From positions 7,634 to 71,633 of the forward strand of contig VBLZ01000097.1 of assembly GCA_005878515.1 (NCBI GenBank): a DNA stretch of 64,000 nucleotides, written 5' to 3'. Position numbers and translations under genes: made by a program. Below, piece after piece: positions 47,317 to 57,060 of the stretch. The DNA comes from Methanobacteriota archaeon (GTDB lineage: Archaea > Thermoplasmatota > Thermoplasmata > RBG-16-68-12). The notes below the pieces were generated by a model, which was not told the DNA's origin, ran no database searches, and saw only the letters and a program-made list of their open reading frames with translations. Each line of letters begins with the position of its first letter. The first letter of the stretch is position 1.

Positions 47317-48108
47317 TCAGGCTGAGGGCTTGAGGACCGCGGCCACGACGTTGACGAGGCGCGGGACGGTCTCGAAGCGGTCCAACTCCTCGGGACGAAC
47401 CCATCGTTGCTCGACGTTTTCCCAATCGAGGCGGACCCGGCGATTCGGAGTGTCGAAGAGGAATGGATGGACGACGTAGATTGTCGTGCCGTCTCGAGCG
47501 AGGACCGGATCTCCCGCTCCACGGAATGTGATTGCGCGGATCCCGGTCTCTTCCCGAACCTCCACGATGGCCCGGTGTTTCGGATCTTCGCGGCCCTCGA
47601 TGTGGCCCGAGATTGCGGACCACTTTCCTCGGAAGGTGCCCACCTTCTCACTCCGACGGACGATGAGGATGCGGCCCCGGTTCCGGAGGATCGCCGTCAC
47701 CACGCGCTTTCCCCGGATGTCGGGCAGCTCGACCGTTCCCCGACCCCCGTCGACGACCATCCGATCTCCCGTGCGCAGGCCTCCGACGTCGACGCGATCC
47801 ACCATCGGGATGCCCGCGAGCGTCGCCCCGACCGCGACGACGGCATCCGCGCGTCGGTTCACGATCGCCGCGGGACCGTGGCCCCGCTTCCCCAGGCCAT
47901 ACAGCACATACGAGCCCACCGTACTCCCTTTGCCAGTCGGGAATGCGAAGATTCGGTCGTCCAAGCGTTCGCCCAAGATGCCGGTCGAGCCATTGAGAAT
48001 CGATCCGGTAGCCGGATCTACCCCGCCCACGAAGGAGAAGGGAGTCGAGGAGACGAGTGCCTTGCCCGACGCCCGGCCGGCAACGATCCCCCGGGCGCGA
48101 ATCCTCAT
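47317..48108 (-). CDS. AcnX-type phosphomevalonate dehydratase small subunit (DUF126) fused to a C-terminal Nudix hydrolase domain
   Basis: The N-terminal 130 aa are MRIRARGIVAGRASGKALVSSTPFSFVGGVDPATGSI…GKGSTVGSYVLYGL…, the DUF126 pattern. The C-terminal roughly 135 aa contain the Nudix box GHIEGREDPKHRAIVEVREETGI. The ATG overlaps the stop of the upstream large subunit (ATGA). Confidence 0.75.
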   Translation of the reverse strand: MRIRARGIVAGRASGKALVSSTPFSFVGGVDPATGSILNGSTGILGERLDDRIFAFPTGKGSTVGSYVLYGLGKRGHGPAAIVNRRADAVVAVGATLAGIPMVDRVDVGGLRTGDRMVVDGGRGTVELPDIRGKRVVTAILRNRGRILIVRRSEKVGTFRGKWSAISGHIEGREDPKHRAIVEVREETGIRAITFRGAGDPVLARDGTTIYVVHPFLFDTPNRRVRLDWENVEQRWVRPEELDRFETVPRLVNVVAAVLKPSA

Positions 48109-49268
48109 GTGTAGCGCTCCAGGAGCGTCTTCAGTTCCTCGAAGACGACCTTCTGCCGGGATAGGCTTGGCAAGTAGTACGCCCCTTTCCCCGAGGGCGT
48201 CGCGACCGTGCCGAATCGGTGCTCGAGCAACGTGACCTCGAGGCATGTGTCCGCGAGGACGCGACCGCCGTGGCGCTCGATGGTCCCGACGGCATCCGGA
48301 TTCGCATCGCGCACGACCCGACTCGTGAAGACCCAGACCGGGATCCGAGGCGGCGTGCGGTCGACGAGCCGCGCGACTTCTCGCAGTTCGTCCGCAGAGA
48401 GTTGCGGGGACCCGAGGCCGATCATGTCGGCCTCCGTCCCGTCGGTGTGCGCCCGTTTCGCTGCAGCCAAATCTCGATCGGTAATCGCAATTGACTTCAG
48501 GCCCTTCACATGCGCGCGCCGGGACTCGGGCGTTACGCCTTCTAGGTGGAACATCGAACAGGCGCCGGAGGAGGCGAGGGCCGCGCCGAGCCATTTGAGG
48601 TCTCCCTCGGTCCCGCGGAAGCCGCGGAAGAATGGGAGGCCGTCGTCCACTCGCTCTCCGGCGACGAGTCCGATCAACGAGTAGTCGATGCCCCGCGGCT
48701 TCACGCCGACCTTCACGATCGCCGTGGGTTCTCGACCCTCGTCCGTGTGAAGTCCGTGTTCCGGCGTCGCTCCGACGATGGCGGCGGCGAGCGCCGCGGG
48801 ACCGCCCTCCCGGTTCGTACGAGCACCTAGGACCGAGTTCGCGAAACACACGGCACTCGATTCCGCCCAAGCGACGTGTTCACCGAAGGTCGGTCGGACG
48901 CCGATCAGATACGGAGTGCACGAGAACGAGCGACGGACTCCCATCGCCTCGTAGGCGCTCGCAATGCGTCCTTGCTTCTCCGCGAACGATGGCGGGACGC
49001 CGAGCGCCTGCCACTGCGCGAGATCCGTCCCGAGCGGATTGACGGTCGTCGGCACCGAGACCCGCGCGTCCCGCGCGAAATCCTCCAGGAACTCGAGACC
49101 CGGATCCCCGATCAACTTGTACGAGACGCCGGACACGTGCGCGGAGGTGATCGGGATGAGACGCGGTGCGTCGGCGAGACGGCCCACCGCAAGCAAGATT
49201 TGCATCGCCTTGCGCTGGGACTCCGTGCCATCGTCCAGCAGATGCATCTGCGTCCGTGTGAGGCGCAT
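48105..49268 (-). CDS. AcnX-type (DUF521) dehydratase large subunit, putative mevalonate 5-phosphate dehydratase
   Basis: A 387-aa protein with the aconitase-X family pattern, including …SFSCTPYLIG… It is coupled to the DUF126 gene downstream. Confidence 0.8.
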   Translation of the reverse strand: MRLTRTQMHLLDDGTESQRKAMQILLAVGRLADAPRLIPITSAHVSGVSYKLIGDPGLEFLEDFARDARVSVPTTVNPLGTDLAQWQALGVPPSFAEKQGRIASAYEAMGVRRSFSCTPYLIGVRPTFGEHVAWAESSAVCFANSVLGARTNREGGPAALAAAIVGATPEHGLHTDEGREPTAIVKVGVKPRGIDYSLIGLVAGERVDDGLPFFRGFRGTEGDLKWLGAALASSGACSMFHLEGVTPESRRAHVKGLKSIAITDRDLAAAKRAHTDGTEADMIGLGSPQLSADELREVARLVDRTPPRIPVWVFTSRVVRDANPDAVGTIERHGGRVLADTCLEVTLLEHRFGTVATPSGKGAYYLPSLSRQKVVFEELKTLLERYT

Positions 49269-49703
49269 TCACGGCGCCTCCGCGAGGATCGCGTGGGCGA
49301 CCCGCCGGGCCTCCGCCGGCTTCGCGGGGTAGGCGATCAGCTTCAACCGGATGTCGATCGGATCCGAATCGCCCGCGAGCTCAAGACGCTCCCGGAATGC
49401 GGCCTGCTTGTCGAAGCGAAAGTGGAGGACGCCATCCTCGTCGAGGCGCGCTTCGATGTCGCGTGCGATCGCCGAGGGGACGCCGGCCGCGGCCCAGTGC
49501 GACCAGACCGCCCGGATGGCGGGTCGCTTCTCGACGCGGCGAGTGAGTCGGACCAGGGGATTCCCGAAGTGGCCCTCCAGCTGCTCCCGAGAGGCTACGC
49601 CTTCGGGGACCGCGAGCGCGAGGGCGGTGGCCACCCTTTCCTCCTCTTCCGTCGCGTGACAATAGGTGCGAGCTTCGATCCGACGGATCGGGAGGTCAGC
49701 CAT
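49269..49703 (-). CDS. UPF0201-family (COG1931-like) predicted RNA-binding protein
   Basis: MADLPIRRIEARTYCHATEEEERVATAL… matches the N-terminal pattern of this archaea-specific family. The protein is 144 aa. Confidence 0.5.
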   Translation of the reverse strand: MADLPIRRIEARTYCHATEEEERVATALALAVPEGVASREQLEGHFGNPLVRLTRRVEKRPAIRAVWSHWAAAGVPSAIARDIEARLDEDGVLHFRFDKQAAFRERLELAGDSDPIDIRLKLIAYPAKPAEARRVAHAILAEAP

Positions 49704-50232
49704 GGAGCCGCTCCAGGGCCACGCGCGCCTGCCTGCGGAATTCGTCCAACGTCGATTCGTTGACGAGCATGATGTCGGCCGTTGCGATGACCTCGCCGAG
49801 CCCCCAGCTCAGTTCGCGGAGGTCTCGCGCTCGAACTGCCTCGATGGTGATGGCGTCGTCAAGGCGCTTTCGTAGCAACATCCGCTCGTGCCGGGTCTTC
49901 GGGGATGCGTGGACCGCGAGGACCACGAGCGCCTCTCCGAAGGCCTTGCGAAACACATCGAGCTCCGCCCCTCCGCGCAGTCCGTCCACGACGACTCGGT
50001 CTCCGTGGATTCGCGGCAGCGTCCGTTCGGCCCAGATTCCGAATCCGTGGGCTTCTCGCTCGGCAGTGGCCATCCCGCCCACCGCGCCATCGGTAATCGG
50101 AAGGCCCCGACGTTGGGCTTCTTCCCGAACTACATCGCCCATTCGGACGATTGAGAAGCCGAGATTCTTCGCCACGGCGAGGACCTCCTCCTTGCCGCAT
50201 CCGGGCATTCCCGTGACGCAGACGACTCGCAC
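49696..50232 (-). CDS. Adenylate/cytidylate-kinase-like P-loop nucleotide kinase (UPF0200-type)
   Basis: VRVVCVTGMPGCGKEEVLAVAKNLGF… carries the P-loop. The GTG start at 50232 was chosen. The remainder of the 582-aa ORF-track entry is antisense to pdxS and is discarded. Confidence 0.65.
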   Translation of the reverse strand: MRVVCVTGMPGCGKEEVLAVAKNLGFSIVRMGDVVREEAQRRGLPITDGAVGGMATAEREAHGFGIWAERTLPRIHGDRVVVDGLRGGAELDVFRKAFGEALVVLAVHASPKTRHERMLLRKRLDDAITIEAVRARDLRELSWGLGEVIATADIMLVNESTLDEFRRQARVALERLHG

Positions 50233-50342
50233 GGGATGCGAGGAAAGAGAGGGTTCACTTAAGCGTTTCCCGCCGCCACCGCCGTTTCCCTCGGGGCACG
50301 CAAATCCGGAGTGAGGCGAGTCGTTCACGAACCTCGCCACGC

Positions 50343-50355
50343 AAAATAGAAATAC
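50343..50355 (+). promoter_or_regulatory. TATA-like element upstream of pdxS
   Basis: The sequence aaaatagaaatac sits in an otherwise GC-rich divergent intergenic region. Confidence 0.3.
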
Positions 50356-50415
50356 CCACGGACCGTAAGCTCGCACCGGAGGAATACCATCCCCCTCGAC
50401 CTCGACCTGACCCGG

Positions 50416-51408
50416 ATGCGATTCGGCACCGAGCTGCTCAAGCGCGGCTTCGCGAAGATGCAGAAGGGCGGCGTCGTGATGGACGTCACGAACGCCGAGC
50501 AGGCCGCGATTGCCGAGGAAGCAGGCTCCGTCGCGGTGATGGCCCTCGAGCGGGTGCCCGCGGACATCCGAGCGGCCGGTGGCGTCGCGCGGATGGCGGA
50601 CCCGGTCAAGATCCAGGAGATCATGGACTCCGTCACGGTCCCGGTCATGGCGAAGTGCCGCATCGGGCACGAGGCCGAGGCGCGGGCCCTCGAGTCGATG
50701 GGCGTCGACATGATCGACGAGTCCGAGGTCCTCACCCCGGCCGACCCGTTCTTCCACGTCAACAAGAGGGGATTCAGCGTCCCGTTCGTGTGCGGGTGCC
50801 GGAACCTCGGCGAGGCCGTCCGGCGGGTCTGGGAAGGCGCCGCGATGATCCGCACGAAAGGGGAGGCCGGCACCGGGGACATCATCGAGGCCGTCCGCCA
50901 TGTCCGGCTCGTGAACGGAGCGATCAGGGAGCTGACGAGCAAGAACAAGGAACAGGTCTACCTGATCGCCACGAAGTTCGCGGACAATTACACGGTCCTC
51001 CTCAAGGAGATTCGCACCGCGCACGGCGAGCCCGCCTCGGTCTCGGAAGCCGACGTCGTCTTCGCGAACGAGAACCTGGACACGATCACGGAAGGCCTGT
51101 TTCAGATCCTCACCGAGGTCAAGAAGATCCAGCGGCTCCCGGTCGTCAACTTTGCGGCAGGAGGGGTCGCGACGCCGGCCGATGCCGCGCTGATGATGCT
51201 CATGGGCTGCGACGGGGTCTTCGTCGGGTCCGGGATCTTCAAGTCCGAGAATCCGGAGGGCCGGGGCCGTGCAATCGTCGACGCCGTCGCCCACTTCGAC
51301 GATCCATCGACCGTCGCGGAGGTCTCGAAGGGAATCGGCCTCGCGATGAAAGGCATGGACGCTAAGGCGCTGCCGATCGAGGCGCGATTGCAAGACCGCG
51401 GCTGGTGA
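50416..51408 (+). CDS. pdxS: Pyridoxal 5'-phosphate synthase subunit PdxS (Pdx1)
   Basis: …[46 protein letters not shown]… is the PdxS (beta/alpha)8 barrel, with an archaeal-type insertion. Confidence 0.95.
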   Translation: MRFGTELLKRGFAKMQKGGVVMDVTNAEQAAIAEEAGSVAVMALERVPADIRAAGGVARMADPVKIQEIMDSVTVPVMAKCRIGHEAEARALESMGVDMIDESEVLTPADPFFHVNKRGFSVPFVCGCRNLGEAVRRVWEGAAMIRTKGEAGTGDIIEAVRHVRLVNGAIRELTSKNKEQVYLIATKFADNYTVLLKEIRTAHGEPASVSEADVVFANENLDTITEGLFQILTEVKKIQRLPVVNFAAGGVATPADAALMMLMGCDGVFVGSGIFKSENPEGRGRAIVDAVAHFDDPSTVAEVSKGIGLAMKGMDAKALPIEARLQDRGW

Positions 51409-52360
51409 CCTGCCCCAGAAGCAGATCCAGTACCTCGGCCACACCCGCGCCGGTCATCGCCGACACCCGAATCTCATCGGAAGGAGCGCCGTCGAGGTCA
51501 CTCTTCGTCGCGGCGATGATGAGAGGCACACCCGGGAACAGCGTTCGGACTTCCTCGAGGAGCCGACGTTGGTCCTCGAGTGGATACCCGCAGGTCTCGG
51601 TGGGGTCCAGGAGGAAGAGCACTCCGTTCGCGAGATGCGCGAGGGCCGCGATCGCTTGGCGTTCCATCTTGTTCCTCTGGTCCATCGGCCGGTCGAGCAG
51701 CCCGGGCGTGTCGAGAATCTGGTACCGATGCACGCCGCGGTCGAAGTGGCCGAGCGACACGCCTTTCGTCGTGAACGGGTAATCCGCGACCTTCGGACGA
51801 CCGGTTGAGGCCGCGCGGACGAACGAGCTCTTGCCGACGTTCGGATAGCCTGCGACTACGATCGTCGGGATCGATGGGTCGACCTCGGGGACGCGCCGTA
51901 GGGCCTTGCGAGCGTCGACCAACCCCTCGAGGTCGGGGGCGATCTGCTTGACGACGGAGGAGAAGCGGCCGTACGCCTCCCGCCGCAACTCGGAGATCGA
52001 GCCGCCCGTAGCTCGACCGATCCGGCCTCGATACAGACGGGTGATCTCACGGACCTTGTCGGCGCCCCAGTCCAGGGCCCCGAGGTGCTTCTTCAGCCGA
52101 CCCAAGTCCACGAGGACGTCGACGAGTTCGCGGTAGAACGGAGGCAGGCGGTCCAAGCTCGGGAAGCCTTTCACGTATCCGCGCAGCGTGGACTCGATCG
52201 TCTGCCCCGCGCCGCGCACCCGAGCGACCGCGAGGTTCCTCGCCCGCGCGATCCGGTCCGGCCCCGTGGCGGTCGCCTTCGCGGCCCGTCCGAACGCCTT
52301 GTCCAGGAGCGACTCGGCCGTCAGGATCGAGGGCAGCTCGAACACGGCCGCTCGAATCAC
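51362..52360 (-). CDS. NOG1/Obg-family GTP-binding protein
   Basis: An N-terminal NOG1-type helical domain precedes G1 ([10 protein letters not shown]), G3 (DTPGLL) and G4 (TKSD). Confidence 0.85.
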   Translation of the reverse strand: MIRAAVFELPSILTAESLLDKAFGRAAKATATGPDRIARARNLAVARVRGAGQTIESTLRGYVKGFPSLDRLPPFYRELVDVLVDLGRLKKHLGALDWGADKVREITRLYRGRIGRATGGSISELRREAYGRFSSVVKQIAPDLEGLVDARKALRRVPEVDPSIPTIVVAGYPNVGKSSFVRAASTGRPKVADYPFTTKGVSLGHFDRGVHRYQILDTPGLLDRPMDQRNKMERQAIAALAHLANGVLFLLDPTETCGYPLEDQRRLLEEVRTLFPGVPLIIAATKSDLDGAPSDEIRVSAMTGAGVAEVLDLLLGQVTSRGLAIAPRSAAP

Positions 52361-52384
52361 GCACGCGGGATAAGCCTGTGGGTC

Positions 52385-52903
52385 TCACAGATGGATGAGG
52401 TTCGCGCCGATGACGAACGCCACCGACAGGATGGCGACGCGATTGACGGCCGCAAGGAAGTTCGCGATCAGGAACATGTTCTGCTCCAGCGCTTTCCCTT
52501 CTTCGTTGAAGAGCGAGTACACGTAGATCGGGATCGTGTCGCTCATCATCGGGACGCTCAGGAGCAAGTACAAGCCGGTATACCCGGTCTTGCCGACGAG
52601 CCGTTCGGCCCTCGCGACGAACCATCGCGCGAGGCTCCAGCGATCCGACCACTTGCGGACGGAGCCCTCGAGGTTGAGCCCGAGCCAGAAGATCAGCCAC
52701 GCGCCGACCGTCTTGCCGGCCGCGATGGCGATCGCGATGCTTGTCAGGTAGCCCCAATTGCGCTCGATCAGGGGTGCGAGGAGGGCGATCTCGATCGGGA
52801 TTGGCAGGACGAGCGCGACGAGGACCGCGTAGGTGAACGCGATGAGCAGGTACAACCAGGGCGTGTGGTACGCGTCGGTGAGGATCTGAAGGAGGTCCAC
52901 CAC
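52385..52903 (-). CDS. DedA/VTT-domain family membrane protein
   Basis: A 172-aa protein with 4 TM helices and a DedA-like pattern (…LLIAFTYAVLVALVLPIPIEIALLA…). The minus-strand sequence CTTTTATTAC (plus 52930-52945) lies about 30 nt upstream of its ATG and about 15 nt downstream of the TYW1 stop. Confidence 0.5.
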   Translation of the reverse strand: MVDLLQILTDAYHTPWLYLLIAFTYAVLVALVLPIPIEIALLAPLIERNWGYLTSIAIAIAAGKTVGAWLIFWLGLNLEGSVRKWSDRWSLARWFVARAERLVGKTGYTGLYLLLSVPMMSDTIPIYVYSLFNEEGKALEQNMFLIANFLAAVNRVAILSVAFVIGANLIHL

Positions 52904-52957
52904 GGCCGTCAGCGTCGTATCTGATGCGGGTAATAAAAGGCGCCGCCGTGGATTCCG

Positions 52958-53896
52958 TCAGGGCGAAATCGGATGGAGCGCGCCGTCCTGTGTGAGCAGG
53001 ACCACGCGACTGTCCTCGCGCTCGGCCGCGATTTGATAGCCGACGCGATCCGCGAGGCGCTCCGCGAAAGTCCGGATCGACGCGTGGCTCGGCACGTTCT
53101 CCGCTTGGAGTCGGAGCCGGCTCTCACCGACGAAGCTGTAGCCCTTGCACTCGATGAACATCGGCTTCCCCAGCCGGTCGAGTTCCGCGTACTCGTCCTC
53201 CCAGCCGAGGTTCCAGCCTTCCACGAGCGTATGCCGGACGACGGTCCGGGTCGGCAATGTCGGCAAGAGTGCGAGGGTCTCCTTCAGCTTGCGCCACTCG
53301 TTGTCGGACTTTGCCGCGACGAGCCTTCGGTAGATCTCCGCGGTCGGGGCCGCGACGGTCACGTACAGCTGCGTCGGGAGTCGGCCCTCCGCGTGCATCC
53401 GCCGGAGGACGGCGGGCGTGGTCCCGTTCGTCACGAGGAACGTCGACATCTTGCGTCGCTTGAATTCGTCGATCATCTCGCCGAGTCGTTTGTACAACGT
53501 CGGTTCCCCGGTCAGGCTGATCGCGACGTTCGTCGGGTGCCACGCCTCCATGAACCGCTCGCGGGTCACGTTCGGGTTCCCCTTGTATCCGGTGAGGAGC
53601 TCCCGTTGCGCGCGGATGGACTCGTCCACGATGAACGCCGGGTCGTCCGCGGCCAGGAGGGAGTTCGAGCCCCATTCTTGGGTGCGCCAGCAGAATTGGC
53701 AGGCCAAGTTGCACGCATCGACCGCGGGCGTCATCTGGAGACATCGGTGGCTCTCGATGCCGTAGAAGGTCTGCTTGTAGCAGCCGATGCCTTTCGTCAA
53801 ACTCGCCTTCGTCCAGTGGCACAACTTCACGCCGCTGTGCTCGCCGACGATGCGGTACCCTTGGCGCTCGAGGACCTCTTGTTTCTGGGGGTCCAT
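52958..53896 (-). CDS. taw1: tRNA 4-demethylwyosine synthase (TYW1/Taw1, radical SAM)
   Basis: The radical-SAM cluster motif CNLACQFCW and the TYW1-family C-terminal region are present. Confidence 0.85.
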   Translation of the reverse strand: MDPQKQEVLERQGYRIVGEHSGVKLCHWTKASLTKGIGCYKQTFYGIESHRCLQMTPAVDACNLACQFCWRTQEWGSNSLLAADDPAFIVDESIRAQRELLTGYKGNPNVTRERFMEAWHPTNVAISLTGEPTLYKRLGEMIDEFKRRKMSTFLVTNGTTPAVLRRMHAEGRLPTQLYVTVAAPTAEIYRRLVAAKSDNEWRKLKETLALLPTLPTRTVVRHTLVEGWNLGWEDEYAELDRLGKPMFIECKGYSFVGESRLRLQAENVPSHASIRTFAERLADRVGYQIAAEREDSRVVLLTQDGALHPISP

Positions 53897-53921
53897 TTCG
53901 TCGGGGCATGACGCAGGCGGG

Positions 53922-54479
53922 TTAAAGGGCTTTCGCGACGCGGGTTCTCACGAAATCCGCGCGTGCCGGAGGAGACGATCGCAGTGCGAGCAGCTCGATG
54001 TCGCCCGGATGGAACGTCACGGCGTGGAACGCACCGCGCTTCGCCTCAACCGCCTCGAGCCGATCGAGATTGGCGGAGAACACGAGGTCTCGGACTCTGT
54101 GCGTGATGCCTCCATGTCGGAATGGCGTTGCGATGTTCGTTGCGAAGACCGCCTCGATCCACGCCTGGTCCACGCCCGAGACGCGCCGGAACATCCACCA
54201 TGGGTCGTAGTGCACAAGCTTGGCGAGCTCATCGAGGGGAACCGATTCGATCCGGCGAAGGTCGCTTGTGCCGAGCGGGGTGCGAAATCGATATTGATCG
54301 ACTCGAATCGGAACCTCGAGGACGCACGGTGGGCCCATGGACAGGTCCACAACGATGAAAGGCACCCGCCATCTCCGGTCGATGAACGGGAACACATAGT
54401 TGGCCGCCCGCTCGGTGTCGGCGAAGGCGATCCGGCGGTCGAGTAGCCCGCGTTGTCGGACTCCCGCGTCAGCCTGCAT
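53922..54479 (-). CDS. Hypothetical protein
   Basis: A 185-200 aa ORF with a hydrophobic core (…WRVPFIVVDLSMGPPCVLEVPIRVDQY…). The opposite-strand ORF 53787..54446 looks like an antisense artefact. Confidence 0.4.
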   Translation of the reverse strand: MQADAGVRQRGLLDRRIAFADTERAANYVFPFIDRRWRVPFIVVDLSMGPPCVLEVPIRVDQYRFRTPLGTSDLRRIESVPLDELAKLVHYDPWWMFRRVSGVDQAWIEAVFATNIATPFRHGGITHRVRDLVFSANLDRLEAVEAKRGAFHAVTFHPGDIELLALRSSPPARADFVRTRVAKAL

Positions 54480-55839
54480 CGTCCTCTTCACCGAAGGAGG
54501 AGAGCCGGCCGCTTCCCGACTCACGTCCCGGGAGGCCCTTGATCTTCGCCGCTTTCTCCAGCAGATGCTTCACGGCGTGGCTCGTCTCGGACTCCCCGAG
54601 GAGGAATGCGACCTCCCGCTCGTCCAACGCGAGCTCTGCCGTGAGCTGGATTCGCAACTCCTCGTCGCCGGCATAGAGCATCCGGATGGTCGGGAGGAGG
54701 TCGGTGCGCACGGTGGACTGCGAGACGTGTAGGGCCTGGGCCAGTTTCTTTGCGACGGAGTTCCGGGCGCCTCGTTGCGCGCGCGAGCGCGACATCTGGA
54801 TTAGGTAGTACGGGAACTCGAGTTGGCTCCCGCGGGCACGGCCTTTGCGGGCCACCGCGACGCCGCTCGACATCATCTCGCTCGCGTACGACCAGAGGCC
54901 GTACCGCTGCCGCCGTCGCGTCCGCCCGAGGTAGATGTCGGCTCGGCTCAGGGCCTCGTACCCGCGGACGAGGTCGTCCGGTCGGCCGTATTCGTGACCG
55001 AGGTTCTGGTCCACCCAGAGGATGAGATCCTCCGGGGACTCGTCCAGCTCCCGGACCGCGTCGCGCGCTCGACGGGCATCGCCCGATCGCAAGATTTCCT
55101 CGAGGACCGGGAAGATCGTCCGTGCTCGGTCGCGATATCCGAGGGACCGGGTGGCTTCGGCCACAAGGGAGTGCTTGCCGACCGCGAGGGACTCGAGATC
55201 GTTGATGGCCGATCGCAAATCTCCCCCCGCCCGCTCGACGATCACCTCGAGGACGTCGTCGGCGACCTCGACCCCCTCCTTCGAAGCGATGGTTCGAAGT
55301 ATGTTTTTCATCGCGTCCTCGTGAACGCCTTGAAATTTAATGGTCTTGCATAATCGCTTGAGGGAGGACGACCGGCGCGTGAGCGCGTAGTAGTCGTTCG
55401 CGATCAGGACGACGGGCTGCCGGGTCTCCTGGATCATTTCGACGATCGCGCCGATCCCGCCCTTGTCTTCGCGGCCGAAGACATTGTCCGCCTCGTCCAG
55501 GATGATCAGCTTGCGGCCTCCTTCGCGGGACCGAACGAACTCGCCCGTCTCCGTGAACGTCTGGAGGACGGCCCCGCGGGTGGCCACTTTGCGGATCGCC
55601 TCCGAGTTGCGGCTGTCCGAGGCGTTCATCTCGATCGCGCTCCACTCCATCTCGTTGGCGAGCGCGAGGGCCGCGCTGGTCTTGCCGATCCCGGGGTCTC
55701 CCTGGAGGATGACCGCCCGCTTGTCCGGCCGACCCTTGTCCCAGGCCGCGGCCCACTTTCGCAATTCGGCGACCGCGGTGGGATTCCCGACGATGTCCTC
55801 GAGGGTCTTGGGCCGGTACTTCTCCGCCCAACCCGTCAT
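54469..55839 (-). CDS. rfcL: Replication factor C large subunit
   Basis: MTGWAEKYRPKTLEDIVGNPTAVAELRKW… with Walker A GDPGIGKTS, Walker B ILDEAD, and the archaeal RfcL C-terminal acidic tail. Confidence 0.9.
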   Translation of the reverse strand: MTGWAEKYRPKTLEDIVGNPTAVAELRKWAAAWDKGRPDKRAVILQGDPGIGKTSAALALANEMEWSAIEMNASDSRNSEAIRKVATRGAVLQTFTETGEFVRSREGGRKLIILDEADNVFGREDKGGIGAIVEMIQETRQPVVLIANDYYALTRRSSSLKRLCKTIKFQGVHEDAMKNILRTIASKEGVEVADDVLEVIVERAGGDLRSAINDLESLAVGKHSLVAEATRSLGYRDRARTIFPVLEEILRSGDARRARDAVRELDESPEDLILWVDQNLGHEYGRPDDLVRGYEALSRADIYLGRTRRRQRYGLWSYASEMMSSGVAVARKGRARGSQLEFPYYLIQMSRSRAQRGARNSVAKKLAQALHVSQSTVRTDLLPTIRMLYAGDEELRIQLTAELALDEREVAFLLGESETSHAVKHLLEKAAKIKGLPGRESGSGRLSSFGEEDDAG

Positions 55840-55952
55840 GTCGCGTCCCGCGAAAGGGGGCGAACGGTCATAATCCTATCAGCGGGAGCGGCGAAACGGC
55901 CGAAATCGGACGCAGCTAGGTTTTGTTTAGCTGTTACGTGACCATATTAGAA

Positions 55953-55962
55953 AATATACGTG
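55953..55962. repeat. Left terminal inverted repeat (AATATACGTG)
   Basis: Exact reverse complement of 58129-58138. Confidence 0.5.
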
Positions 55963-55972
55963 GCAGCTTGAC

Positions 55973-56125
55973 TCAGCCCGGACCGCCCTTTTCGGATCGT
56001 TCGTACGCGTCGCACAGCTCTTGGAGAAACTCATCGTACGTCCTTCGGAACTTCAGGCGGTACAACCGATCTCGAGTCTGCGTCGTGAGTTGGATCGTGG
56101 TAAGGTCCTTGACACGTTTTGCCAC
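55973..56125 (-). CDS. Small ribbon-helix-helix (CopG/Arc-like) protein
   Basis: VAKRVKDLTTIQLTTQTRDRLYRLKFRRTYDEFLQELCDAYERSEKGGPG (50 aa) has an alternating-polarity N-terminal strand followed by two helices. The GTG start has GAGGAG 6 nt upstream. The ORF is not in the supplied track, which reported a different frame here. Confidence 0.4.
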   Translation of the reverse strand: MAKRVKDLTTIQLTTQTRDRLYRLKFRRTYDEFLQELCDAYERSEKGGPG

Positions 56126-56328
56126 GGTGATCTCCTCGCACCATAGTCCTATGTGTGCAATTAGTACTATGGGTTGTCAAACCGAAATGCCCACGGTCCC
56201 CATAGCTCCTCGGATTACCGAACGTATACGGATAGAGGTGGCCGGAGGCAGCCAACTCACCCGTTTCCCCCGGATTCTCGACCGCGTACTGTTAGCACGG
56301 AGAACAGACGCAACCTCGGCATCGGGAA

Positions 56329-57057
56329 CTACTCGCGGTAGTCCTCAAGTCGGAGCTGCGGCGGATCGGCCTTCCGTTGGTCGGGCCTTCGAATCCGGCG
56401 TTGCATCTCGTTCTGCACGCGATTGAACGTGTCGATCTCGATGAGTGGCTCATGCTTTCCGCGCTTGATGCCCCCGTTCAGACGGGCGAGGCCGCAGTAG
56501 ACCGGGTTGCTCAAGATGTTCGCGATCGTCTGGCTCGCCCAAGCCCGGCCGGTCTTCGTCCGATACCCGTCCCGGTTGAGCTCCTGGCAGATCTTGGCGA
56601 TCCCCTTGCCCTCGAGGTAGCGTCGGAAGATCAGGGAGACCACACGGGCCTCCTCCTTCTTCAGCTGGAGGATGCCGTCCACGTAGTCGTACCCGTATGG
56701 GCTCGCGTAGGTGAGGAATGCGTTCGCCTTCTTGACGGCGTTGTTCAGGGCTTCGACGCTTTGCAATCCTCGGGCCCGCCGCAGCACCTCGCGCTCGTTC
56801 AGATCCCGCTCCACGCAGAGCCTCCGGAGCGCCTCGTCCTCGGAATCCGAGGCGTAGTGCTGGAGCATCTCGCGGGTCGATCCGAATCGCATGTAGACTT
56901 CCCAGAAGAGGAGGGCGTCGCCTGGAGATCCGTCCACGCAATGCTTGCAAAGGAGGACCTTCTCCCTCCGGACGGTCGGATCCGCGCGGGGGTTCGCGTC
57001 GACCTCGTGGCTCACGAGGTTCTTCGTGCTCCAACACCGCTGACATCGGCCGTCCAT
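56329..57057 (-). CDS. Recombinase-domain protein lacking the serine-recombinase catalytic domain; N-terminal zinc ribbon
   Basis: N-terminal CQRCWS…CKHC, then …ASPYGYDYVDGILQLKKEEARVVSLIFRRYLEGKGIAKICQELNRDGYRTKTGRAWASQTIANILSNPVYCGL…, the large-serine-recombinase 'Recombinase' domain. There is no resolvase N-terminal domain. Confidence 0.8.
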   Translation of the reverse strand: MDGRCQRCWSTKNLVSHEVDANPRADPTVRREKVLLCKHCVDGSPGDALLFWEVYMRFGSTREMLQHYASDSEDEALRRLCVERDLNEREVLRRARGLQSVEALNNAVKKANAFLTYASPYGYDYVDGILQLKKEEARVVSLIFRRYLEGKGIAKICQELNRDGYRTKTGRAWASQTIANILSNPVYCGLARLNGGIKRGKHEPLIEIDTFNRVQNEMQRRIRRPDQRKADPPQLRLEDYRE

Positions 57058-57060
57058 CCG

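Noticed and set aside
49696-51444. 582-aa minus-strand ORF
   Set aside because: Only the 3' 537 nt encode a P-loop kinase. The 5' 1.2 kb is antisense to pdxS, which is highly conserved on the plus strand.
53787-54446. 219-aa plus ORF
   Set aside because: It overlaps on the opposite strand an ORF with a more protein-like hydrophobic core (53922-54479, minus). The plus frame is Arg/Glu/Asp-rich. Neither frame is strongly supported, and the minus one was kept at low confidence.
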